The notes beneath the pieces were generated by a model. It was not told the origin of the DNA. It ran no database searches and was given only the letters and a program-made list of their open reading frames with translations. Both the position numbers and the translations under genes were made by a program. This document shows, in pieces, positions 24,780-41,738 of a DNA stretch of 64,000 nucleotides (the first letter of the stretch is position 1; every line of letters starts with the position of its first letter). This DNA comes from the human T2T-CHM13v2.0 reference genome, Homo sapiens. Location: assembly GCF_009914755.1 (NCBI RefSeq), contig NC_060934.1; one strand, 5' to 3'.

Positions 24780-26470
24780 CCTTCACTTAAGGATACGTGG
24801 CTAAATGGGTAAATCGCTACTGATTCAAGGGCAGTGGCTAATAATTTGGCCAACTGGTTAGGACAAGTGAGGATACTTGTTTCCTAAATGCAAGGTATAC
24901 TCTGCAAAGGAGGCTTTCCCATATCCGATAGGCAAGATAGTTCACTGCATGGATAACAAACCTCTTTCCTTAGCTATCCTTTTACTTGATTGATGGGTCC
25001 ATGAGTAAAGTGGCTATGGTGCACTGACGGAAAGTAAGCACAGGTCTAACGACTTGAATTTCCCTTCACCAAAGCTGATCTGGCTTCTACACTTGCTGAC
25101 TACCCAGTCTGCCAACAGCACCACCCAGTGCTGGGCCCCTGATCCAGCACCTTTCACTATCAGTTATCAAATTCATTAGATCCCTTCCATTATGAAGGGA
25201 GCAGGGGAACAGGCTTTATCTTCACAAGAAGAGACATGTATTCTGGATATGGATCTGTCTTCCCCATTTGAAATGCTCCTTCCAATACAGCCTTTTACAG
25301 TGTCATATATGGTCCCTTCGTAGCATTATTTCTGACCAAGGACTTTTTTTTTTTTACAGCAATATAAGTTTGCCGATGAACTCGTGCCCATGAAATTATC
25401 TGCTCAAATAACATACTCTATCACCCAGAAGCAGCTGGTCTGATAGAATGGCAGAATGCCTGACTGAACACTTAGTTTAGGTGCCAACATCCTGTAAGTG
25501 AGGACTGCTGCCTGTAGGATGTGACATACACTCTGAACCAGCAGCCAAAATATGTTGTTGCTTCTCCCATCCCCACACAACATGGATCCAGTACCTACCC
25601 AAGGGGTACTACCTATCAATCCATTTGACTTGCAACCTAGTGACCTGAGATCTTCCAGGTGCAGAGGTCTTTATTTCCAAAGGAAAAACGCTGCCACAGG
25701 ATGCTTACCAACAATTCCATTGAGTTGGAAGTTGAGGTCGTCTTCTGGACACCCTGTGCTCTTCAGGCCACTGTACTTCTAGGTGGAGAATGGGGTAGTG
25801 TTCCTAACTGGAGTTATTTATACCAATTAACATATGAGCAATGGTATACTTCTACCAAATAAAATGGAAGGTAAACTGTCTGGAATAGTCAGTGTGTATA
25901 TCTGGAACCTAGGGGCATGACTGGAGCACCCATATCTAGGAGTAAAAGTTAATAGAAGGCAACAGCAATCCAGCAGAGACAGGTCTACTGAGAGCTCACA
26001 CTTTTATTTAAATGGCAGGTTTACATTACCCCACCAGATAAAGAATCCCAACCAGACAAGGTGCTGGCCGGGGTAAAAGAGAACTTGAAATGTGTTTTAG
26101 AAGAAGAAACTCCAGCCCATGACCAGACACAGAAATGAAGACTGTAGCCACTATGCACATTTTTGTTAAATATATCAGTATGTATCCATCCACTATTTAT
26201 TTTCTACTTTTCTCCTTCCCCTGTTATTTCCAGTGAGGGAATACCTGGTGCTTATGTTTACATTTCACTTCCCAGGCCAAAATCTCATACCAGGCCACAT
26301 CTAGAACGAACAGGGAAGATGGTCTATTACCTGCAGATGGGAGGTGCCGAGACGGGCGCAGTGGATGAGAGGACGTTTTGTATCCTCTTGTGCCTCCTGA
26401 AGTTGCTGTTGTATGCAAGTTAAACAAAGGTAGAGTGTAAGAATAGCAGCTGAGAGGTGCTGTGGTGGAC
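24780..26470 (+). mobile_element. ERV-L-class internal remnant (RNase H, integrase, dUTPase-like fossil)
   Basis: Manual translation: TDSRAVANNLANW (24819), PFTKADLASTLADYPVCQQ (~25062), DMYSGYG (~25233), SDQG (~25331), HPEAAGLIEWQN (~25422), TIPLSWKLR (in ORF 25552-25782); all match recalled HERV-L motifs and occur in the expected order. Confidence 0.8.
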
Positions 26471-29149
26471 CCTGCAAGTCACATCTGTGTGCTTTCAGAC
26501 CCATTCATAACCAGAGTTCAGAAAGGAAGCAAGGAGAAAGGATGGGAACAGGGTCAGGAAGAAGCAGAGCTATGGACAGACAGAAGGAAAGTTTTCAAAC
26601 ATAGGACATGGACTGAGGAGAAAGGGCCAGGGTTTAAATTTCAGTAAGATTTTCAGGGCAGAATGAGACTTCCGGCAACTAAGCCAAGAATGCATACGTC
26701 AGTCCAGGCAGAAGACTCAGATCCCTCTTTTTAGACAACTATGACTGACATTCTAAGCTAGATAGACAATAAATACCAGAAAGAAGAATGGTGTGTGATG
26801 GGGTGAGGTGGAGAAGGCTTGGCACAGTGGGAGGTGGCTGTAGGGAGGGTGTCATCATGGTGGGATGGAGAAAGAATGGAATTGGGGTCACGTAGGTCTA
26901 GAATGGAGTTAAAAGCAGCCACTCTGTTGTTGCTTACCTTACTTGCCTGCATTCTGTCTTATTCATGTTCAGATGGGCTCAATGGTGTGTGAGTAAAAAC
27001 GAAGTATTGGGTATAAATACTGTGCAACTGCTGGCTCATGATATTAAAACATAGGTGAGAATTGGCATGATGATGGGTGACAATAGTAGGACTGCCTTAG
27101 CAAGACCAGGACTCTTGCCCTGCAAATCCAAGCACTTAAGTACAAAGGAAGAGGGATGGGGCACCATAGGTAAAAAAGAGAGACGCTGAAGAACAGACAC
27201 GAGCTCACAGACAAGGATCAAAATAGCAAGAAATAGTGGAGAGAATTTCAGAGGCAAAGTTAGTTTCATTTAAAGATAAACTGCAGCCCCAGGGTATGCA
27301 TAGATAAAGTGCTACCAAATGATATCAAATTCACAGAAAATATGAAAATCAAACACTTGGAAGAAAAAAAATAACAAAGGAAACTGACTTTCTCATACTA
27401 TATAGCACAGAGCTTCCCAGCCCAAGCAAGGGAAATAGACTAGGGGAAAAAAGATCCAAAAAGACAGTGGGGAGAATAACACTCAATAGGACTGTCCAGA
27501 AAGAAAGATGAAATGTGTTACACGAGTCTTGAGCACAGGGCAGTTGTTTGCTTGAGACTTTCCCTGCTCTGGGGTAGCAGCTAAATGCATGGCCACAAGG
27601 ATTCCTGGGCCTTGAGTTTGTGTTGGTAGAGCATGTTATTAGCTCTAAGAAATAAGGAAAGCTCCTAGAGCAACTACTCAGTCTTCAGAAATGGTCAAAT
27701 GGAAAGAAAGTGTTTAAAGCTCCCTTTTACACAGTCATGGATCACATCCACTGTGCTCTTTGCAATGATTCCACTCACAGCATTAGGCATACACAAATTT
27801 CTCCCAAAAATAAACAGTCGCTGAGCTCCTATTGTTTGCCTGGTCCCATAGCCCTGCAGGGAGGAAGGGAGACTTAGAGAAAGCCACTGTACTCAATGAG
27901 CACACTGACTGAAAGAAAAATGTGACCAGTACTTAAATATACATAACAAAAAGTAGAAAGGGATAGCCCTCCTGCAGACAAGGGGAATAGTATTATTATT
28001 TTGTGAGCTCCTAGTGCATCTCAGGCTGCCTGGAACTTACTTCCCTTTGCAGATTCAGCTTGAGAGGCTGTTAGCTCTGTCTTGCAATCTAGACTCTATA
28101 CTCATCCCTTGAAATCTTGCAGCTTTGCCATTGCATCCATATGCCCCAGCATCATCCAGTCTATAATCAGATTTTACACTGGTCCTTCATCCTGGAGTGA
28201 TATTGCAAGTATCACCCAGCAGACCTAGCACTGTGTTAATAGGGGTTTGAATCCAGTCCTAAATGAACTTTTTAAATCTTTCTTCAGCCATGGCACATAC
28301 AGCTTTATATAAGCCACAGCCTCAGGACAGGGTCTACAGCATCTCTTTCAGCCGTCTTGCTCAGATTCAAAGACGCTGCCTTTACCCTTGTTTCATGCAC
28401 CCTGCTGGCTCAGGACCTGTACCCCAGGCTTGTGGGGTCTATTTGGTTCCCATGATCCTCCAGATGTCACACTCCAAGCTGCCTCTGCCTGCTTCCAGAA
28501 GCAGAGCTCAGTAGGGTTCAACTTCTGCTCAGCTCACTACAGAGGCTTCAGTTATGCTCTGGGCTCCCCAAGAGGTTCCTCTTGTTTGTGAGCACAGCTC
28601 ATCTATCATTGCTGTGTTTAGCGCAAAGGGAAGTTCACTGCATGAACTCCCACTGCCATTCTGATCAGTGGTCTAGGTCACCTCGTTTAATCTCCACAAT
28701 GCTCTGGAGAGGTCAGGAATGCCATAAATCATAGACTAGACTTCATATAAAAATTATTAAAATAAAAGAACCCACAGTCAGTTGGCCATGTTGAAAGAAG
28801 GAGGAGTTAATATCTGCATTTTACCAATAAACAAATTGGATCAAAAAATTATAACCTGACTATGCTTCTAGTAAGGTTAGAACAGAAACTTGACCCCATA
28901 TCTGTTGAGTCCCAGAGCCTGTAAATGATGTTGCTTTAGTGTTTGGGGGAGCAAGAATTTATCCATCCATATGCACAAGGAGCTTATCAGTCCTCAAAAA
29001 GTAAGGAATGACAGCTTTTTAGACAGGGTGAACCAAAATGGGAAAAGTTCTGGATATCAGAAATACTAGATATATTCTCAAAAATGGCCAGTTCTCCAAA
29101 CTAAAGCATTCTTCCTCCAGTTATCAGGCAGTGAATGCATCTACCCCGT

Positions 29150-29540
29150 CAATTCTAATAAATTTACAACTAGTATTGTGTACTACTACATGCCAACCAC
29201 TAGGTACTGAGAATGCAAAAGATGATTAAATTTTGTCCTGTCTGTAAGGATCCCACAGACTGATAAAAGAAAAAGATATTTTAACAAAAATACTCACTAG
29301 TGTTTTTATGTTATGATAGCTAAAAGGCCAGGGTATATTAGAAGCACAGAGAAGAACATTATCAATGCTACTTAGATAAAAGAGAAGTCTTCAAAGAAGA
29401 GTTGACATTTGAGCTGGTTCCTGAAAAGTGTGTAGGATTGCAAGAAGTGCAAAGGGTGCAGGATCGGGGAATAGCGGAGGCAAAGGCCAATGGTATGAAA
29501 CAGATTATGCTTCTTTCAGGAATGGTAAGTGGTCTTATTG
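29150..29540 (-). mobile_element. L2 fragment
   Basis: tattgtgtactactacatgccaaccactaggtactgaga...gacatttgagctggttcctgaaaag. Confidence 0.55.
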
Positions 29541-30234
29541 GTCAGATCCCTTCTCTTGCCCAGGTGCAAAGACAGAGTAGGGAGAGAGAAAAAAAGGAAC
29601 AGGTTCAAGCTGGAGGAGTAGTTTGGGGCTCATCTCCCACAGACTGAGTCCCAGCTGAAGCTACAGCTCAGGATGCGTTAGGAATCCCCAGGTCTGAAGC
29701 AGGCAAAATCTGTGGCTGAAGGTACAATGATACCACTCTCCAGTTGATCCCAGGCTTATTGCCAGCATCATCCAAGAGAGCTCACTCAGCTGTGTGTATA
29801 TGCTACCTGACACAGAAACTACAACACTCCTTTCTCCAACTACTCATCCGTGTCTCCACAGAGTTTCAGAGCTACTGCCTTGTTTTCCTCGTCCCATTAA
29901 ACAGAACTATGGGAAGAGGTGGCTTGTAACGAATGATCTCACACCACAGAGCTATCAAAGCACAGTATTTTGTCCTGGAGACTTGCCACACAAGCAGCAA
30001 GCCATCCAACTCTGCTTCACTCCAGGCAAAGGGTAAGGTGAGGACCTGCAGAGAGGGGACTCAGGAGCTGACACAAGCCAGAAGAAGGGCCTGGCAAGGA
30101 GAAAGATTTAAGAAGGTGTCGGGGAGAGGGTGGAGTGGAGAGATGAGAAAGACAGATGAGTTCTTCTTTTGGTTTTCTGTTTGTTTTCAAACTATTTACT
30201 TCTAATACCAATTGTTTTGTCATTTTTCTTTCAG

Positions 30235-30520
30235 TCTAGGTCAACAAATATTTACCCAACCCAAACCCAAATCCAAGGACTAGGCTGAGAGTTGGAATTC
30301 AAAACAGAAAAGGCATAAACTCTATTCTCATGGAACTCATAATCTAATAAGGAATAGAGTCTCTCAATGTAGCACATTAATAAAATATTATAAGTGCAAC
30401 AATAGAATTAAGCAAGGAGGCAGAGGGGATGTGTAAAAGAGAAGCCTCAAGAACCAGGGCAAGGCTTATTAGGGGAGTTGGCCCCTGAACTAAATATTTA
30501 AAGATAGGTGGGAAGTATTT
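30235..30520 (-). mobile_element. L2 fragment
   Basis: tcaacaaatatttac...ctcatggaactcataatctaa...cccctgaactaaatatttaaagatagg. Confidence 0.45.
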
Positions 30521-31152
30521 TTCATATTAATAACATAATTGATAATGAAAACTGCTCCAATAGACATGTAATGAAGTGTTTATGTTGAATAACACTGCAT
30601 CAATGCAAATATAACAACTGCTATTATGCTGGGAGAAATTAATAAAACCATAATCAAGTCAGGAAACTAAGTCAATTATCTAAACTTTAGACAGATCAAA
30701 TAGACAACCATAAATGGGTTTTAGGAAAACAATAATATAATAAATAAAGTTAATTTGCTAGATATATATGTTTTGTATTTCACAATCTTTTTAAAATGAC
30801 TCTGGAATATTGAAAAGAAATAAAACATAAGATTACATTCTAAACACACACAGACCCTTAATTCAATCTAAAAGCTAAAATTATATTAAAATGAAACACA
30901 AATTAGAATACCTTTTTGAGTCTTTGTAAATATCAATAAAACAAAATTCTGATAGTGTTAACTAAGGGGCAAAAACAAAAAATAATCAACACTGGGATGA
31001 TAAGTGCACCCAGCTATAGATATGATTGACTAATATTTTAAGAATTTTATAAATATGTTCATAAGGAATATTGGCCTATTTCTGTCCATTTATATTCTAT
31101 GCAATTATTCCTATCCATTCGGTTGAAGTCTACAATCTTGCTATTTGTTTTC

Positions 31153-34302
<3,150 letters not shown>

Positions 34303-34344
34303 TGTTTTCTTGCTTTTTTTTGGGGGGGGGGGTTGGAGGTGGGT

Positions 34345-35624
34345 GATACTCGAACACAATCACATATTTTATGTCGTCTATTAACTTCTCATCTATATCT
34401 CTTTCATTATTTTTTATAGTTGCTCTAGGGCTAATAATCTGTACTTAATTTCCAGTAGCCAGACAGATTAATGTTTCCACTTCACACCTGACACTTTCCT
34501 CTTCTGATGCTTCCACTTTCCACTATGCTCTTCACACCTCCCACTTATCACTTTTCAAATGTAATAATTAAAAAGCAGTAAAGTTATATGTACATAACCC
34601 CTTTCTTTAGTGCTATTGTGCCACTTTTTATTTCTACACCATAATCCTACTTTATGATGTTAATATTTTGTGGTAAACAGTTATTATTTATAGAAATTAT
34701 AAGCAGCAAAATGAATAGCTTTTTATGTGTAACTACTTCTTTTCAATTTTTGTTGCTTTCTTTTGCTTCCTAGATATCTGAATTTCCGTCTGATATCATT
34801 TTTCTTCAACCTTAAGAACATTTTGAATTTCTTCCATTGCAAGTCTGCTAGTAGCAAATTCTCTCAGTTTTATTTATCAGATGTCTTTATTAGCCCTTCA
34901 TTTTTAGATGTTATTTTTAGTTTGTATAGAATTCTGAGTTGACTGACACCACCACCACCCCAGCACATTAAGGATGTCATTGCATTGTACCCTGGCCTGC
35001 TCTCTTCCTGATGAGAAGTTATTGGTCATTCTCCTCTTTGCTTTCCTGTATATAATGTGACTTTTTTTCACTGGATACTTTAAATATCTTCTCTTTCTCT
35101 TAGGTTTTCAGTAGGTTGACTATAATACACCTTGAAGCAGTTTTCTCTGTATTTATTCTGCTAGGAGTTCATTAAGCTTCTTATATCTGTAAGTCAATGT
35201 TTCTCATCACAGTTTGTAACTTTTCAGTTATTGTATTTCAAGCATTTTTGTATCATTATTCATCTAGTCTCCTTATAGAAATCCTATTTACACACATCAG
35301 ACCATATTATATTGACTCACATAACCCTGAGGCTCTGTTGATAGTTTTTTCTACCTTTATTTTATCTCTTCTTTGGATTAGATTATTTCTTTAGATTTTG
35401 AGTCAAGTTTGATTCCTCAATTTTTCTCTACCTTCAATCTGCTGATCTGACCATGCAATAAATTTTTCCTGCAATGAATTCCTAAATGTGTATTTTGTTA
35501 TTTGTCATAGTTTCCATTCCTCTTAGGTGATTTCTGAATGCCTTATTCATTAATATAATATTTTATTTTATTCCTTAAACATATTTCTTTATGTTCTTCC
35601 AGCACTTTATAGTAGCTGTTTTAC

Positions 35625-35673
<49 letters not shown>

Positions 35674-36050
35674 CTGCTAAGTCCATATTAAAGACCATCT
35701 TGTGGTCAACCTCTATTGACTTTTTTCCCCCATGACTAGTTTTATCTATGTTCAGCAATTTTTGATTTCCTACTAGACATTGCTGTGTAGAGTTGTATGG
35801 ACTTTGGATTCTGTCATCTTTTTCTAAAGAGTGTTGGCTTTTGTTCTAGTAAGTAGTTTACTTCTTGCTCACCTTGCAACTGAGTAAGTTTTCTTACATC
35901 TTATTATGGAAGATCTGTTGAAAAGCAGTTCTGTTTTCATGTCCTCTTTAACATGGCAAGATTCAACTTCCAAACACTGTCTCTTTTTCAGAATCTTGTT
36001 AAAGTTTGTTTTCAGACTTTTTAAAGAGAAATAAAATAAAACTTACTAAA
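34345..36050 (-). mobile_element. Ancient L1M (ORF1/5' region), target of the L1PA3 insertion
   Basis: gcaagtctgctagtagcaaattctctcagtttt...atgtctttattagcccttcattttt...tatagaattctgagttgac, typical antisense L1M ORF1 sequence. Confidence 0.65.
35627..35670. repeat. (TG)22 microsatellite
   Basis: Perfect dinucleotide run. Confidence 0.97.
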
Positions 36051-36068
36051 AATTTAATCCTTATAAGG

Positions 36069-36434
36069 AGTAGTAGTCCATTCTCACACTGCTAATAAAG
36101 ACATACTTGAGACTGAGTAATTTATAAAGGAAAGAGGTTTAATGGACTCACAGTTCTACATGGCTGGGGAGGCCTCACAATCATAGTGGAAGGCAAAGGA
36201 AGAGCAAAGGCACGTCTTACATCGCAGCAGGCAAGAGAGCATGTGCAGGGGAACTGCCCTTTATAAAACCATCAGATCTCATAAGACTTATTCACTATCC
36301 TGAGAACAGAAAGTGGAAAACCTGCCCCCATGATTCAGTTACCTCCCACCAGGTCCTACCCAGGATATGTGGGGATTACGGGAGCTACAATTCAAGATGA
36401 GATTGGGGTGGGGGGAAACAGCCAAACCATATCA
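36069..36434 (-). mobile_element. THE1 (MaLR) solo LTR, THE1B/C-like
   Basis: agtccattctcacactgctaataaagacatac...ttcaagatgagatt...cagccaaaccatatca; 5-bp TSD taagg at 36064-36068 and 36435-36439. Confidence 0.93.
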
Positions 36435-37214
36435 TAAGGGAAAGCCTAAAGATGTCTTAAGTGGATATCTCCAACATCCCTGAGCACTGCTTGAGCTCTA
36501 GTATCTGTTCCGTTCTCCATCCTATAACAGCTACATCTTCTAAGTTTCTCATTAAACTTGTACAGCCTGGGTCCTTGTCAAGGACTCATGGAGACTCATG
36601 AGGAAACCTCTGTCCAGCTCTCTATCCTCTAGTGCCTGCCTATTAAATTCCAGCAACTTTGGTTTTCTCAAACCCTAATATCTACCTCCTCTGATCAGTG
36701 ATGCTGCTGTTCTTTGCTTGGACTCCAGCTCACTACACAGCCATCAGAAAACTGTCCCCCAGGCAGAAACCTGAGGCCATGATGGGGATTACCGAATGAA
36801 TTGCCCTTTTTTCCCAGTAACTGCCATACTGTTTTCAATAATGGTTGTGCCATTTCACACCCCTGCTAGTAGCAAACAAAGCTTTCAATTCTCCACATGA
36901 CTTACCAACATTTTTTCAATTAAGTGAACATTTTAACTATGTTCATTATATCTTTCCCCTCCATTGCTTAAAATTCTTTGGCAATTTCCTACTGTACTCA
37001 GCAAAAGAACTAGACATTGACTATCAGGTCTTGGTCAAGCCCCTATCTGCCTCTCCAGCTATGGGATTTTATGAGGCTTCCTAGAACCTGGAAACTTTTT
37101 ACCTCAGAATATTTGCACCGCCAGATTTTTGGATTTCAACTTCCTCAACTTTTCATGTAACTATTTCAATTAAAACTTTGAAATCTGATACAAAGTAAGA
37201 TGATGTCAATGTTA

Positions 37215-37609
<395 letters not shown>

Positions 37610-38029
37610 CTAACCAACATTACTTTACAGTGGGATGGGATTAACTTACCCCCTTTTTCTTAGAAAAATAGGTTAATAATCAAGATTCTATGCTCTGAAG
37701 TTAGCACTTTGGTTAAAATCCTGGTGTGCCACTTACTTGCCCTGCCACATTGGTAACTCAATCACTCCAAGTCTCAATGGCAATAAAATGTGTAATTTAC
37801 TTTGCTCAGGGCCTAGCAACCAAGTAGGAATTTAGTAAATGTGAACTATTATCTTTTTGAATAATGTTTCTAGTATAAGCTTTTGTTTTGTGTATAAGAA
37901 GAAAGCCTATTAAAAACAAATATGCCAAAACAAAGAACGCAGACTGAATGATCTTATATTTTAATCTTGTCTGCTATAATCTTGTCTGCTGCAATCTGCC
38001 GTCTCTTCCTTGAGTCTTCTGTTTCCATC

Positions 38030-38200
38030 AGGGCTTCATTTTTTAATAGCACTGAATCTGAAAGATAACAACAGTAATTATAGGGGAGAAAACTGAGGCA
38101 TAGCAAGGAGAAGGGCTTGTTAGTGTTAACCTGCTGTCACTGGAAGAGCTCTGATCTGAAACTGGGTCTGTTCTATGTTGTTCACTCTGCCAAGTGGCCT
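38030..38200 (-). mobile_element. MIR fragment
   Basis: ggggagaaaactgaggcatag...ctgatctgaaactgggtctg. Confidence 0.5.
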
Positions 38201-38252
38201 GTGAACTAGGGAAGGGTGTTGCCCTTGCTTCTCTCCTTATCCTCAATACCTG

Positions 38253-38900
38253 TGTGGTCTGAAAGACTGAAATAGATACTGCTTTATCAACTAAGACAGG
38301 CCCTAAGGTTAAGAAAACAAAAGTTACCCATGGATCGAGCATTCAGGGCCCAGCTGGTATGGCAAATTTCTAAATTCCTATGACCACAAGAAAAAAATCA
38401 CACCCTCACAAAACTCCCCAGCAATAGGAGCTGTCAGGCTGATTTGCAACCCAGGCCGCTACACATCTGATTGGACAGACCACCAGCCTTACAAACATTC
38501 TTTTCTGATAAGTAATTGCAGAACTTAAACCATTTGCAGCAGCTCATAGAGGCTGCGCACAAATTGTCTTTGTGTCTTATAATTCACCTTTGATGTGAAG
38601 AGCCAAATTCCACCCCATTTCAATGCTAAAACCCTGCCCTAAAGTGAACATGGAATGTATGTTACGTACTGGTTTACCCGTTAAGCATGCACTTGGCTTC
38701 TCTCATAAATATGTATAGCTTTCTCCCAAATCTGCTGAATATGTATGATACTGGCCCTCTGAGCCATAAAACCCAACCTGTCCTTCCACTCTTCAAAGAG
38801 AAAGTAGCTTTAGTACCAGCCATAGAAAGTGTCTTCCCAGTTTGCAAACTGCTACTGCCAATAATTTCTACTATCCATCCTGGTGGTCTTTTGAATGACA
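38253..38900 (+). mobile_element. ERV1-class solo LTR (MER72-like, tentative)
   Basis: TG...CA termini, cataaaa TATA-like motif, 3' end tttgcaaactg...ccatcctggtggtcttttgaatgaca; flanks cctg/gctg. Confidence 0.65.
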
Positions 38901-41037
38901 GCTGCTACCTTCCTAGTGTCTTGTCCTCAGTACCCAGATAGTGACCTAAAAGAAAGGAGGGATGCATGCACAGGAAGAAAGGAGGGAGAAAGGACAAAAG
39001 GAAGAAGTTTTCACAAACCTATTCAGTCATGTTACTAGTGTGATTATATTGAATTCTTTGCCTTTTCTTCCTCAGTGGCAATTCTTAAAATAACCTAAAC
39101 CTATGATCCATGAAACTGAGAAAGAAATGAGATCAGAGGTAATCTGATTTTCCCCAGACTCCCTTTTCTATTGTCTCTGAGGCAATTGGGAACAACTGAG
39201 AGACTGTTCCATGTAGAGGAAATGAAGTGTGTTCTGTCAGACACAACATGTGTGCTTTGTGACAGGCCTGTGTTTAAAGCAAGTGTCGTCAAAGTTTCTG
39301 GGAAGTATTTAGTCTCAGATCTTCTCTCCAGCTCCAACATCAGGACAGCCACACCTCTGTGTTGCTTTGTCCCCCTCTTCCTCACCACATGTATCCCATG
39401 CAGCTGAAGAAAGACTTTTCTATCAGACAGAATGGGCTAAGTAATTAGCAGGAGTCTTTGAGTAGCCAGACAATGACAACGTTAGCCTGAATTGTTTAGA
39501 TAAATTAGGGCATGGGTAAAACCTGAATTCATAACAATAGAGACTCCCAAGAAGGTGCTTAGAAGAAACCAGTCACTAGGTTTTGCTGTGGTGAGATGGG
39601 GCAGCCAGTGCTCTGCTTTACTGAGGTAAAAGTGTGAGTTTGTGTATCTGTGCCTACAAATATGTGAGGCATGTGTGTTTGAGTGTGGGGCAGTGTGTGT
39701 GTGTGTGTGTGAGGGTTTGGGGAGAGAAACAAGAAGAAGAATATACCAGCAGAAGATGCAAAATCTTTCCCTCCCTTTCTTGTCCATATTCAATGAGTAG
39801 TTCTAGAATATTCTGGAATGGGAGCTGTCAGAGGGGAAGCACATGTTGACTGTTACTCTCATTAATTGAGGCTTGTATTCAGTTCTGCTGGAAAAGAAAG
39901 CTCCATCCTTGAAGGACTGACAATCCCTCAGATAAAACGCCCAAAACTGCTGGTATTCAGCTATTAGTGAGCTGCCAATGATAGTAGAAACAATAAAAAA
40001 GATGAATTAAGAGCCCTGTGGGCATTGAACTGGTCAAATGGGTGTTTTCTGAGATGGGAAAGAGTTTGGACAAGCAGAGAGTGGCAGAAAGGAGAGGGTT
40101 CCTGGGCATTGAACATGAGCCACATGTGCTTGTGGTGGGGAATAGACAGACAGGGAAGTGGAGGGCAGGTGGGCTCCCAGACCTTCCAGGCCAGGGGGCT
40201 GCTGAAGGAGGCACAGGTAGGAAGAGGATGGGGAAATGGGAGATGGGGTATACAGGAACTTCATGCGGTTCCACACTTTTAGATTTTAGACTCATTCTGC
40301 AAGGTGGAGCATTTCTTCTTTAAACCTTGATGGCACAGTGACAGATGTTTTAAAAATGTACTTTCATTTAATTTTTTCCATGCCCCTGGATGGCAGGTAT
40401 TATTATTCCCATTTTACAAATAAGGGACCAGAAAAGGTGGAAGGAGGTTAGGAAACATGTCTATGGTCTATTCAAAACCTGTAAACATTTTATTTTTTTT
40501 TCTTTTTGTTTCTATCACATCACCTCTGTCTGAAAAACCTCTCCTGCTGCTAGTCTCCTTGTCACATAAAGCAATCCGAGCTTAGACCTTGGTTCCCCAG
40601 TCTATGAAGAATGGATACTGATTTGGTGGGAGGAGTTTGTAAGAGCCCATTTTGCCCCAGAGTTCAAGGCATCCCAGGTGGGGACAAGGGGGAAGACTCA
40701 GTTAGCATGTATCACTAAAACATAAAAATTGAAGTTCATTCTTGTATTCCACACACACTGATTTGTCGGTTTCTGTGTGCTAGAACATGGTCATTTGAGT
40801 GCAGAAATTGTCCCCTCAGATCTCAGCTGTGTTGATAACTGTGTGAGCATGTGTAATTTTCTCAACATCTTCTGAGCTTCAGTTTCTTAATCAGGTAAAT
40901 AGGGATAATTGTACTGACTTAAAACAGCGGTATTAAGAATCAAGTGAAATGAGCTTTCTGTTCTTTTGTATAAAGAAAACAACAATCTTTCCCTCCTATT
41001 GGCTGATCTCCATGAATCTGTGTCAGTCTGTTGTTAA

Positions 41038-41738
41038 TGCAAGGGCAAAGGGAACAGTTTGCCTTCGTCCTCTGAAAGTACGCTGAAAAATAAACTGACA
41101 AAAGGCATATTAATAAGAGAAAAGGCATATAAATTTATTAACATGTACAGGGGGGAATCACAGGGTAATCACCCAAAAAAGCCAGTGTAGTATAAGAGCT
41201 TATGCATCCTTCTTCACACAAGAGGGAACAGATGGAAAATGTAGACAATTCTTTTGAGGAGCAGTCAATCATTAGAAAGAATGAATGGACCCAGGCAGAG
41301 GGAGTCAGACACTGCTAGAATGGGAGAGGTGGCGCTGTACAGGGACAAAGGTTGTTTTATTTTGCAGATAAAGTCCTCCAGGTTATCACTTGGAGCTGCT
41401 CTCAGAAAAGCAGATGATGTCTGGGTGTGGTGACGACTTACAGTCTCTTCTCTTCTCAGGTGGTTGATCTTCCCTGGTTATTTGATGAGATTCTTAGGGA
41501 GGAAGTCTTAAGACAATTGCATTACTTTTGGAAAGAAGTTTTGTTAATCATATAAGGAAATTCCAGAGACACTCCCTCCCAAGTGCTTCAGAGAAAAGGG
41601 TGAGAGAGACAGGGAGGTGTGGAAAAGATCAGAGAGAGACCATAGTTCTGAGGTTTATTTCTGAGTCCTTTCAATTCTCAAAAGCAATCAGCATACCCAA
41701 GCACTATATTTTGGGAAATTGTTTTGTGCACCCTAACA
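41038..41738 (-). mobile_element. ERV1 solo LTR (MER39-like)
   Basis: Minus strand starts tgttagggtgcacaaaacaatttcccaaaatatagtgct, like the MER39 5' end; aataaattt polyA region near the other end; flanks ttaa/gtaa. Confidence 0.8.

Noticed and set aside
34313-34345. T9G11 run with extra GG/GGG tracts as a G-quadruplex
   Set aside because: Low-complexity slippage in decayed L1; nothing suggests function
37962-37992. Short direct repeats (taatcttgtctgct x2; similar cases near 10910, 12405, 49300)
   Set aside because: Two-copy slippage duplications without spacers; not CRISPR-like
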